Assembly: GCF_964204645.1 (NCBI RefSeq)
Contig: NC_134025.1
Coordinates: 23,044,299-23,108,298, forward strand
From: Tubulanus polymorphus
Lineage: Eukaryota; Animalia; Nemertea
Direction of reading: 5' to 3'
Length of the DNA stretch: 64,000 nucleotides
Position 1 is the first letter of the stretch. Every line of letters starts with the position of its first letter. A program made the position numbers and the translations under genes. Below the pieces are notes generated by a model. That model saw only the letters and a list, made by a program, of their open reading frames with translations, did no database searches and was not told the origin of the DNA. Of this stretch, positions 10,469-23,400 are shown piece by piece.

Positions 10469-13400
10469 TATAGTAAATCCCTACACAAGTCCGAACTGAA
10501 AGTAATCTAGTCACAAGATTTTCCTTATTGTCATCTATCAGTCTATGAAGTAAATCAGCAGACTCGGCTGTTGTGGATGGAAACCTCAAACAAATAAAAC
10601 ACTAAGTGAAGTAATTTGTTCCATTATATTCTTATGTTATTCCACTGTACTGTTAACAAGATTTTTACACGTATAAAGTAAAACAGAACATTAAACAATG
10701 CATGTACAGGGCAACTACTGATAGTAGTACATCACATTACAATGATAGGTATATTATATACTATTTTCAATTAAAATAACCTCAAATCAATAAACTACAG
10801 AATACAGAAGTATAATATAATGCCAAGAAATACTTGTCATGTTTTCTACTGACATGGTAGGGCAAGGCAGATGGGTAAAAGCTCTAATTGGCCCACTCAC
10901 ATACCTTAAGTGATGCCATATGCAGTCATCTTGTCCCCCCTTTACTGGTTTATTTTGATTCAACATCGTCGAAGATTGATGTTTTATTGCACATCTTATT
11001 TTGACACATTTTCACTAAGATTCATATCATTAGATCAGGTTTTGACAACTGGTGCTTGCCATTTAACATGATGCTCAATTTAAATGTTTTATAGGGTATT
11101 CATTAATTCAAGCCACAGAGGAAGATACTATAACCTTTTTAGTAAAGGCCAAAGTGTCAATTTACTCTTCATACTATTAAGGGTGATGAATTATCCCATC
11201 TATAAACTGGCCCTCGATCATCTTTTGGTAAAAATCATAACTTAAGGCAGGTTTTGATTGAACGTATACCGTTTATGAAGAGCAAACTCTTGAAATTAAA
11301 GGTACCTGACTGAATAGTATTCAGAGACAATTGAAACCTGCCTAAGATAATGTAGAATATCCCAGTACTATATCACTGAAATTTCTATAATACCTTAATT
11401 CTTTTAACAAATTTCTCATATAGATAAAAGTGTATGAATATAAACTTCACAAAAACAAAACCTTGTTTAACGACAAACAAAACAAAACAATTACATTAAA
11501 ACACAACTGCGAACATTTTCACTATTTTCAGCTTTTCAGTTGAAACTTATATATATGTATATTTCACTTTGTAAAATAAACCAAATAACATCATCATGAA
11601 TTACACATCCCGAACAAATGATGCCTATAATGGAAAGAATGAAAAAGCATCGTCTATGAGACAAATACCTAGTGTATGTCACTGTTCCTAAGTAAAATGA
11701 CTGCTAATGGTGGGATGGTTTTGGTTGATAACCTATCACAGAATTGGCACAACCGAAACATAAGTTACTACTGCAATACAATCATATGTACACATATAAG
11801 TGAGTAAGATGACGAAGATCTTGCTTTAAATTGCTATAGAAAGATACTGATACACATTATCAACGTATTGGTATAGACTGTTAGTTTTTGCTCTCTGTTG
11901 CTCTACTAAACTGTTTGACACGAACTCTAAGTTTTCACATATACATACTATATCCAAACTTAAACATTAATTAACTACTCGTGCATTAGAAAACACATTT
12001 ATAGTAGTACAACTGGTAATTTCTTTGAAATGACATATTCTCTTGTCGCTTTTACACGGCGATCAAGTCTGTATACATTAGTGAGTTATACTACATCATT
12101 TAAAAGCAGCTAAAAACAGTGTACCATATGTATACTTTCATCATAACGTTTTTTAAATAATATTGTATGTACTTTTTGACTAGTTTTATTCATATTCTGC
12201 GGTAACATTTCGAACAGCTATACATATAATCTAATCTAAAATCCTTGTCAATATGTTATACGTACATTTACAATGCATAGATGATACTGAAGTGTATATA
12301 TGCAACGCAAACAACAAAAAAATACTTCAAACTGACTAAAAACTGAACAGCGCTGGGCCCAATCTAATGGTCTGATTATTCTAACCCCACACATATTCTC
12401 TAGTAAATTTTTCAGAGGGGACTCCTTATTTCAAAATCTTCACCATTCTAGCTTTGCACATGTCTAGTACTCACCAGGGCAGCTTCCACAACTTTATAAG
12501 TATCCTCATTTGCCCCAGAGATTTCCACCCTGGATCTAACTTAGATAAGCCGATCATAGAGGTTAAACCAAAACAAATCCATTTGAATTGTAATGTTAAC
12601 TATTTTCGGGTACGTAAGCGCTACATATTCAGGTAAGTGCAACTCTTGAGCTGTGTACTATGGTAAGTTGTTGTTAGATGTACATTTGATTTTACTAATA
12701 TACCAGTAGCATTATACATTTAACCATCACATCGACTACAGGTGGGTAAAATGCACATATGACCAGCACTCGGAGAGCTTACAATGTGTTTATCATAAGA
12801 GCACTTATCCTCAATTACATGTACATAAATGCACCACCACTTACCAACACCGGCAAATATACCATTATACCAATTACACGTATCATAGATACAGGAGTTA
12901 TCATATCATGTCATAGAACATATCATTACATCATTAGAAACATTACAATTTTGATGAACTGATGTTACTACGGTGGTGGTTTTGTAATCATCAATGGTAA
13001 CAAAAGTTGAATCATATGACAATAGGTTTGCAAAGCTTTGACATCACTATCTTTTCTGTAATATATAAGTTCTAGGTCCAGTTCTAACTTTGATCATACG
13101 GTTAATCCAACTCTAAACCAGTTGAGTTAAGTCTGGGGTTAAATCTAAAACTGTGGTGTGGGTATGGGTAATAATAATAAAATAATAATAAAAAAAATAA
13201 TCAATAATAATAAAAAATACCTATATCTAAAATAAAAATGCAAATGTTCCTCAGATAACAATACAATGCAATACCATGATATAAATGACAAGAAATACTT
13301 CACTATTCTGATACCGTCAATAACTATTGGGTGCGGCTGTAAACTATGTAACTACCAGTAATCTAACCATTTTCTTACAAAATTCTTAAATAATATTCAA

Positions 13401-14408
13401 ATTATTTTGTTAACTATCTGACTTTTTCAGCGGGTCAACGCATACACGCAATCACGATTTGAGTTGTCTAACTAGAAAATCAACATACTACAGGTGTACC
13501 TCCATTCTATACCATGAACAGTTTATAGCAGAAGTGTGTAGCTGCTGAGTTATTATGCCGACCTTTTTTCTTAGGATGAAATGCAAGCTCAGTTGATTCA
13601 TATCAATCAATTCTACATTATCTAACACTGAAACTGAGAGTAGAAAAGTTTTCAATCGTCCTCAAATAGATGGCGCTCCGGATCCATCGATTCAGTTTTC
13701 GGCATGAGATGTCCGTGAGATTTCAGGAAATATGACACAAGCGATTCCTCCACGATATAAATGTATGTACAAAGCGTTTCTATGAAAGCTACTCATCCAT
13801 TCAGTATTTTTGGTCCTTTGCGCTGATGTAAAGTTTGCATGACAAGAAAATAATTGCTGATGACGAACGCGTATTGTATCATCTAAACAATGAAGAACTG
13901 AAGTACGGTAACTAAGTAATTCCTTGTATAACGATGATGTAAAACGGCAGTGTTTCGAAGGCACAGACCATAAGAATGAGTACCTTAGACAGTTCCATTC
14001 ACTGAGCGATGTGAGAGAAATCCTTAACGTACTTCTTGGCACATCTGAAAAAAGAAAACATTTCAGTAGTTATCACTTTGAGGATAATGAATTAAACCGC
14101 ATAATCATTTTGACAAGCTAAACCGGTGATTCAAATGAGATCAATTCACTCATACAGAATGAGGTACCCGGTAGTCGCTCAGTAACTCTGGTAATTCATT
14201 AACATTAAAAATAAGATAAGTGGGCAGGAAAGAGCTCAGCCTTATTAATACCCCAGCCACCCGACACCTCCTGGCATCAGATTAACAATATTGTGGAAAA
14301 TACCACACACGCTTTCCTGTTTTTGCCAATTGTGCAAACTTTGAAATGAATTCATTGATTGATGAAGGTGCATTATAAACGGATATTCATGAATGATCTT
14401 ACCTAAAC

Positions 14409-17400
14409 TCACGACGAGTCTTCCTCGTGATCAGACAATGCATCGTCAGACGGCCCCATATCGACATTTTCCAATTCGTGCGTGTGATCGATTTCGACTT
14501 TATATTCGTATTTCGCGATGTAACGCACCCATTTCTCCGGCGGATTCGGATTATCGACGGATATCGAGCGAACAGCCGTACGAGAAACTGTCGAACCCGG
14601 CATCGTGTATTCGACTTCGGCGTATTTCTCGTACATCTCTGGAATGTCGTCGTGTGCACCAAGATCGATTCGACACACAAACAAATGCGTTTTATAAGCA
14701 CCTGAAAAAAAATGGAATAAATTCATACGAAATAATTGTTCTGGTTGGTGGAAATATGCAATCAGCAATCTACATCAGTAGGAAGATACTTTACAATTCA
14801 TTATAGAATAACGGATTATGTCAATTATCACTGCCCGTGAAATCATCTAATATGCAAATTAGTGTTTAGTGAAAATGATGAAATCCATCAACATCTGGAG
14901 GAATCTCATACATGGATGAAGCATGACTACATAGAATGATAGATGGATAACCCATTAGCATTGAAGTTCAGAAACTCAGCTAAATGTCAAGTTCCATCGC
15001 GATTCCTAAAGAGGCTCATTAACATAGAAGCAGACGGCGTGGATTGATGAAGTTGCTTTTATACAGAATTGATTAAGTTTCAGCACAACGACAACGTCAG
15101 AGATGTACGTTGCGAAGAATCAGCCGGGCAATAATGTCTCTAATGTGCCATGTTGGTGATAAACAATCGCGTTAATTCGTTCGTAAAATACTCGTGTTCG
15201 CACCTTTTCTGATCCTGTACAAAAATCATTAATTTCATCGAATGTAATCAGTCACTTTTACTCAATAAATGCCCGTGACTTATTCTTTAGCACTCCTCTG
15301 ATTTTTAGCAACGAAACGCTGAAGATCGTGAGAAGCATAGCTTACATATTGCAGGATTTCTTTCATTCCAACAGGATTCAATAAACTAATTCTGTCAAGA
15401 GAATAAGCTGTTAACCTTCTAATTTCAAAATGAGCTATATGATAGAAATACTATTGAATACACTAGGCCCCCCTATTTAGACAATAAACTAGGTATATTC
15501 GAGTAACCGTAACATCACTTTGCAGTGCGATTCAGTCTACTATCTACTGATTCAGCGTCATAATCTTACCATGATGTCTTTCGGGTAATCTTGCAACTCG
15601 CCACACAATGGCTCGGTGAATGTGTTCATATTTAGCTGATCCGACGTCGACTTCAATCAAACTCGGAGTAGCGAAACCTTGAGCCATCATCGTCAAGCGT
15701 TCGATACCTTTGATTTTTCCCGGTTTGCGCGTGGCCGATTTCACGGAACCGTACCCAAAGCGCTTTTCGATGCGAAAGAGATAAATCCAACTTTCGGGAA
15801 TCGGGAACCGAATTTGAATGTCCTCGCATGGTACCTGTCCTTCTTCCGTGTTACTGCTATAGTAACCGGGAATGATCACATCGGCGCGAATTTCGACGAG
15901 GCTTTTAGTCACTTTCTGTTTGACGTGTATCTGGAGTGGAAGCTCTTTGTTTTCCTTTAACGGTACACGAAATCGCATCAGTTCAAACTGACAAGCATCG
16001 AGCGGATGAAATCGGATCGTTCGCGATTTCTCATACGTCGTGATGTCGACGGTCGAGTGAAATTCGCAGTCCTGAATTCGAATCCATTCTTCGGTTTTCA
16101 CCGGAATGATATCGTGACGCCCGACGACCTCACGGCCGCGACGTCGCTTGTCGTTAATACCTAGTTCGCAAGCCGGCATTCCGGTTACAAACGCCAACAC
16201 GAATATCCTTACCCTAGCTTTTTTCCAGATAATGTGCCCTTCTTTGTCGATTTCGCAGAAGAATTCATCCCAAACTTCGGCCGACACTTCGTCTTTCGTA
16301 TACGATAAAGTCTTATCCCTATGCACATCCAATTTCATCAAAGCATCCTCTATTTCCCAGATGAAACTACGCAATAAGTCCTCTCGTAGTGAGCCGAATT
16401 TCAAAAGTTCAGACGTTTGAGGAGCGTGATCAAGAATCATCGTCGGTTTCGGTTTTCGAACGAGATTTTGTAAATTCTGAGGAGTGATACGTTCGGGGCG
16501 TATACCGACGCGCTCTTTGTAGAACACGTATTGAATCTTCACGGTGTGAATTTTGCCGAATTGATCGTAATGCTGTAAGGTTTCCTCCGACAGAGAGTAA
16601 CAAGCTTGAAGTGGCAACTCTTGCAACGTTGCTTGCGAATTCGCCTTGTCGTAAATCTTGATAATTAAATTCGCGTCCGATCGATGCAACCTAACGTAAA
16701 CCTGTTTCCAGAAACGATTCGCCGTTAGCTTTTTCTTCGACGGCTGACGAAGCATCAATTCATAGCCTTCCAATTCATATTTCGGATGAAAATCGCCGAG
16801 ATCGATGTGCTCCGGCTCTACTTCCGAGTCGCTACTTTCATTCGGATCGACTAGAGGGGGAAGCGGTACCGTTACTACTGACTCACCATTTGCATTATCG
16901 ACGCCATCGTTTTGAGGCATTTTGTCAAAATCTGCGAAATCTGATTCAGGCTCCGGTTCATCTTCACCTTCGGTCTCAGACGAATCTTCGTTGAACGGAT
17001 TGAATCTAGGCGGGGCATCTATTTTCGGAGGTGGAGGAATGGCCATAGCCGGTGCCGCGGTGATATTAGGTTTAGGACGAGCGATCGGTTGATGGTAAGT
17101 TTCTGTATGGCCGAGCCCATTTGGATGCTCATCGCTCGAAGCCGGATGAATCGTCTGGAAGATATCAAACGTACCTGATGATTGATGCTCTTCATCAGGT
17201 GCGCGGATATGGAAGCTTATCGCCGCTTTATCCACTTCAGGACTGCTGTCCTCACCACCAGATGGTGAGTCTATAAACGGATTTTTCTTCTTTGCATTTG
17301 TCTCGAGATCTAGGCCTAAATCAGCGGTCGTACATGTATTTGTTGTATCGACGTCAGAAGCAAACGGATTTTTACACACTAGATCGTCGACTTGGGTGAA

Positions 17401-20400
17401 GAAAGCAGTGGCTGCAGCATCGGTAAATAGATCGGTAGTGAATGTATTATCATCGCCAGCATCGAGTTGGACTTCGCTTGTTCCCCAAATATTGTCGCTT
17501 ACATCACCTACGGCGGCTACCTCAATGTCGTCATTACCCGAACGCGGATCAAAGAACATATCGTTGAAATCGACGCCTGCCTTTGAATCGTTCATCGCGC
17601 TGAAATCGACCCAGTCGTTCAGATCGGCTTTGGCCTTCGCGGATCCAGGCTCCACAGTTGCCGACTCATTCATAAACAACTGTTGACCAATGTCATTATT
17701 ATTAGGGGCGGTGCTTTTAGCGCTGAAAAAGTCATCGGTTCTAGAAACCGACGGATTATCATCAGCGATAGGAGGTGGTTCCGCCGTCGTTATGATATCA
17801 GTGAGGAAAGTTATGATATCGCCACCAGTCACTGCACTACTATTGTCTGCACTGAAAAGTTGACCAGAAGCAACAGGCTGAACAGGATTCAATACGATAG
17901 CATCGACAGTATCATTTGCATTTCCAGCATCAAACAGATCATTATTAGTTGGCTGCGCACCGTAAGCAGGCCCAGTAAACATACCACCACTATCAACCGT
18001 GGGTGCTTCACGTTTTATTAATTCTTGCGTCTCCTCCAGTTGCTTAGTGACTTTGCTCGTGTCGAACGGATCGAAACTGCTACTTTTAGCAATACTTGGC
18101 TGTAATACAGATCCGTCGGTCACGTCTGCAGACAGCTTGCTGTCCTTTTTCAGCGGTTCACTGCGTACGGCTAAGAAGTCGTCGAAGTCATCCGTGTCAC
18201 AAGGAGTGACCGCTTTCGTGGCGTTAATGCCGAAGAAAAGAGCGCTAGAATCGCTACCACCATCGACATTATCGGATCCGGATAGTTTGAACAAATCTAG
18301 TTCAGCAGCTGGTTTGATTTCGGGCGTTTCAGCGATGCCGAGAAAATCGTCGACGATCCGATCGGAAACTGAAGATCCAGCAGGCACATGGTGAATGTCA
18401 AATTTACCGAAACTAACCGGCGATGCCGCACCGGATGAACGGCCGCTAGCGCCATCTGCTTGGTGATCGGCATACAATAAATCCGAACTAAAACCACTCG
18501 TTTGTTCGTCCGAGTTCAAAACGCTATCGAGTCCTAGCAAATCGCTATTCATTTTCACAGTTGGTTCGTGAACGAAATTGTCACTTTGGTTAATATCTAA
18601 TCCTAGCAGGTCGGCAGTTGATGCATATGGTTTTGTACCATCGACGGGTTCATCCAAATCATCGATGCTAACGCGAGGAGTATTTTGCGGAGGCTGAGGC
18701 GGGGCGGGTTGATTCTGGAGCGACGCGGGAAGTCGTACGGTTAGATCTAATTCCGGAGATTCGCAACGATTATCGGTGCTGGTCGCGTTCTCCTCGACCG
18801 GGTGTTCTTCGGGCGGCGGTTCGAATTGAACCCAAGATCCTGGCGGCGGTTTCACAGCGCCAGTCACCTCGATCGTTGAACTCTCAGTTATCGAACTAGT
18901 TTTCTCCAATTTGTTCAAGTTTTTCTGCGTTTCCGACACCGTTTGTTGTATACGGCTTTGCATTTGTTGAAACGCTCGCCATTCTTCTGAGTCCTCGTCT
19001 AATCGTTCTTCGTACGGCACGAATTCGCCTTTCGACTCGTCGTATTTTTTCCCGCTCGATATAATATCCTCTAAATTGTCGTCGCGGTCTTTGTGTTTGT
19101 CTTTCTTCTTTCCGAATCCGAATATCTTCTTCGGACTGCTGCCTAGCAAAGTGGAGACTAATCCTTTGGAAGATTGTTCGTGGTGGGGAGACTTTTTCGC
19201 GGACTTTCCTGAGAATAATCTTTCGGCGATTGATTTGGGTTCTTGAAGAAATCCTGAAGCTTCATCGAGTGAATTGTTCATCTTGTATGCTGGGGCACTA
19301 TCTGAAAGTATATAAAGATCCTGGTGATTTACAATAAAACCTTTGACGCAACACATTTTCAAGCACAGCCTGTAAACACAATATCAAAACTCTGCATCAT
19401 ATGAGAGGCAGCAAGGATGCTGGAGATGCTGACAGAATATTGATACGATGATACTGCCTGACTAATCGCATATTGATGGCTACAGCCCCATCGACCATTT
19501 CTATGATTTATCCATCATTTATCCTATTCAATACGTCACATATATCACTCTCACTAAGAGTAATCACATGTTTGTAGTAAAAGAATAGATAACATCAATC
19601 TATTGATTCGAAATCTTAATCGATTAATCACTTTTTTACAAAGATCTTATGCAGTAATGCTTTGATGTCACTACTCGACGATTTGGCCCGTGCCAAATTG
19701 GCACGGATCAAGACGGATCTCGATACTAAACAATGCTTAAACAAAGCAAAGTGAGTCACTTCCAGAACCAGTTGCAACTCCACTTCAATAATTTGACATT
19801 TGGCACATTTTTTGTAGGGCCAAATTTTCCCTGAGCCAACCAGGCAAGGGCTCATTTGGCACCCGTGTGAACAGTTGTTCTGGCCCTAATTTGGCATCAG
19901 ACAAAAAGGCTTGTGTAATCGCGGCTTAAGCCTATACAGGTGTCTCTTTAATAGTTTATAAGTAATCTCTCCCCGGGGAGAAGTATGATATCTAAATTTG
20001 CCAGGTACCCTATTTCCCCTGGGTCCTGAGAAACAGTGTGGATTAAGCAGATTCCATCGCTCTACCCGCTAACCTTTGGTTATGAATGGTGATATGACAA
20101 ATACAACTCGAATAAGTGGCAACTAGCAGCAGCGAATGAGGAAGTGACGATAATAATTATTGACGTTAATTCCCCCTGCATGGGATTTAGTAATGAAAGC
20201 TTATTATCTCATGAAAACGTTAGACGGGAGCAAGGCAACGCTGTCACACCCAATATCCCAATACAAGCATATATGCAGCTAGACTAGCTCAGTTACCTGC
20301 ACTGATTTTTCAGTTATTGCTCATACTACAATCATAGCACGGTATATATTACAACATTTTACAAAAAGGTTAAATTTTTTATTCGGCAATGATGCTGCAT

Positions 20401-23400
20401 ATAGATAGCATCGAAGCCATTGCAAACTTTATAAACCAATCTAAATATCTCCTTTTACACCGATCAGCCATAGCAAGTACTAAATGTGGCTAGGCTATGG
20501 TTATCTGAAAAGTGGTTACCGTTAAGTGGTAAATGCATGCATATCAATTCAACATCCAATCAGATAGGGTAGCAGGAAATCATGCTTCGAAACGGATTCG
20601 CCACCTACTTCGGGAAGAGATTATTTTGAAGTTTCGAACGGCGAAATGTCAAATTTTAGTTAAGACGCAATATCGAAGTACGCATGAATGGGATTTACAA
20701 GTTACGTGAAGATCTGATGCGAACAGCGAAGAAATTCTTAGTAAGGCGTGTGTACCCGTTTGTGATAATTAGCTCAGTCGCGAGATCGATAATGTATCCG
20801 AAGTTTCCATGGTAACATATGACATCGAAAAAGAAAACGCGAAGACATCTTTCACACGCCAAGTTTCGAAAGTAAAAATTCAAGATAATCGAAGGTTAAG
20901 GTCATTCAGAGATATTAGATTAAAAAGATACGTACGCAAGGAATAGTCTGATTTTAAGGGTAGAGTTATAGAAGGGTATACGGTATTATCACGGAAAATC
21001 ATAACAAAAAATCGAGCGCATGCCATTTGGGGAATGCACATTTATGGCGTATTCTTTGATCATACGTGAACGAATAACCATAGCATTATCAGCAGTTTCG
21101 GTATCAAAGCGTCGAGCTAAATGAAGCAGCCCACGCCAGTCAACGAAAACGTCAATAAAATCGATACGTCGGCGATATTCGCTCGGCAGACTCGGATAGC
21201 TGATGTGCAGCAGGTATAAGAGATGTGAATTCATGCCACGAGCGTAGGGATGGTGGATTATACGATTACCTCCATCCGGGGTTGGGCCGTAACCGAGCGT
21301 AGAAACATGCGCGGTGGGATTGATCCGAGAAATATGAGAGATGCTTTTCCATTCTTTCGTAATTTCCACGCGCTTTGTAGGCGTTCTTCCAATTAAAGGC
21401 AACATGTTCAGGAAAACACCGGCGTACGTGCATACAAGCCGAATTAGTATCCAAAGGTTTGTAATTGGTTCATTTAAGTAGAAATTTACACGAATTTCGG
21501 CGAGAAATCATGTTCGCGACTAATTGCGTTGATTAACGAGGCCCGATCATCTCGTGTTTCGCGATGTGTGTGTCGAAGAATCAAAGATCTTAGCCGCGAG
21601 TTTACGACTGAATTTTGCGTTCGTCTCGCGAGTTATTGCGACGCTACGTCGTCTAGGCTCGTGTTATTCCACCTTTGGGAAGCCATTACCGTTGGAAAAA
21701 GTGTGTATTTATAGGAAGCGAAGAACAAATTTTCAATGTAGACATGTTTTTAAGGAGAAGCTAGCGGAATGGCAGCGGGAAGGGCAAAGGTTTTTCAGTT
21801 CAAGCATACACATCAGTAGATAGCTTCGAAACCCCGTATGACATCATGCATGAATTATGCTGATAATCGGGATCCTGAAAGAGAAGACAGTCCAAAAGGA
21901 TCCCCCCTATCACCGTTATTGTGGACAAGGGAGAGCGCATGGTCGCATCCGGAAAATATTGAAAAATTTGGTGCATTATTAAGGCATCCTCGGTTATTCA
22001 GATTACAGCACAATCTGATATTTTGTAAAGGACACACTGGTTAGAATTAGAAATTGATTGCACTTTCAAATATGGTGAAATACAGTCCAAATCTGTCCGT
22101 ACATAAGATTTGGAAACAATAATCTATTCATTACTATAATCCTTATTATGTTTGGACAAGTTTTGATATATGAATATTTTTCATTGAGTTTTTATTAAGT
22201 AATCATCCATAATAGTTCAGAACACAGTTCAATAGATTTTGATTAAGTTTGACTCGGTGTTGACTTAAAATTCTACCGGTGATCCTTTGGTAATTAACTT
22301 AAGCGGGGGGGGGGGTGGTGGGGGTTGGGAGTTACTGTGGAAAAATAGGGCTCAGTTGTACAATAAAATCAGGCGTATATGATATCACCGGGGTAAATAA
22401 GCAATTAGCGATGATGCCATAAATGAGGATTTATGGAGGCAGTCATTCTATATTTATCACACATTCAGGTAGTGAGAAGCATGAATAAGACATGAGAGCG
22501 TTCATATTTACCATTTCACTACACTACTACTACCACAGTACAGCATCTCTAAATAAAAAAAAAACATAACAAATCATTTAAATTCGAAGTCATGGAAATC
22601 GTGTTTATCCTCTGACCGGAATTAAGGTGATAAAAACGTGAAAGACTTCATTCTTGTTGTCCCTTTATGTTTAAGGTAAAAATATTGGGCTTCATGAAAA
22701 TTTCAGACGCTCTCGTGACGTCAGCGGGAATTTTCATGTGGATGTGGGATATTGTCGCTGGGGAAACATCGCAGGCATCACTTAGGATATTTCTCATCCA
22801 TAGCACCTTTTAGACAAATCAGAAAAAAAATCGAGAACTATTACAAGCCAATGTTGATAATAACAGCCGTTGATAGCCGCGTACGCCGGGGATCGGGAAG
22901 TTTGTCGAGGCAAATGACGAATCATAGCTGACATTTTCGTGCACTTGTCGTGATATTGCTAATGTTCGGTTGACATAAATGTGGCAATTGCGGCTTATTT
23001 GCGAGTGTCAAGATTAAGCAAGAGGTACAATCGATTCGAAAAGCCGAGTCCAATTCGTGCGGCGGCCATTAGTCTAGCAGCTTCGGTCTGAAATGACGAC
23101 GCGACTGACAGTTCAACTTTTTAAAAGATATTTATCGATATCAACTGAATACACCAGGAATAAGCGACTGAATTAACAAGAAAATTTGGCTTAGGGAGTG
23201 GACTAACTCTCTCCTAACCTGCAATATCGGTAATGAGCTCAAGGTATCCATCAAATTGGCAATTTTCTCAAATGAATAATCGATGAAGGTCTAGCTTAAA
23301 TATATCCATGCTTCAAATTATTAATTAATAGCTCTATTGATAGATTGATTAATAGATCTACCAGTGGAAAGTCAGCATTCATCAGTGACAACTATGTTTG

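Noticed and set aside
14403-14411. Selenocysteine or readthrough at the stonin TGA
   Set aside because: An in-frame TAG follows two codons later and no SECIS was recognised.
15679-18497. Plus-strand and alternate-frame ORFs overlapping stonin
   Set aside because: Shadows of a long GC-richer coding exon, with no recognisable domains.
19302-19362. Listed start MKMCCVKG of the 1272-aa ORF
   Set aside because: Non-ATG start upstream of a clear acceptor at 19302; intronic.
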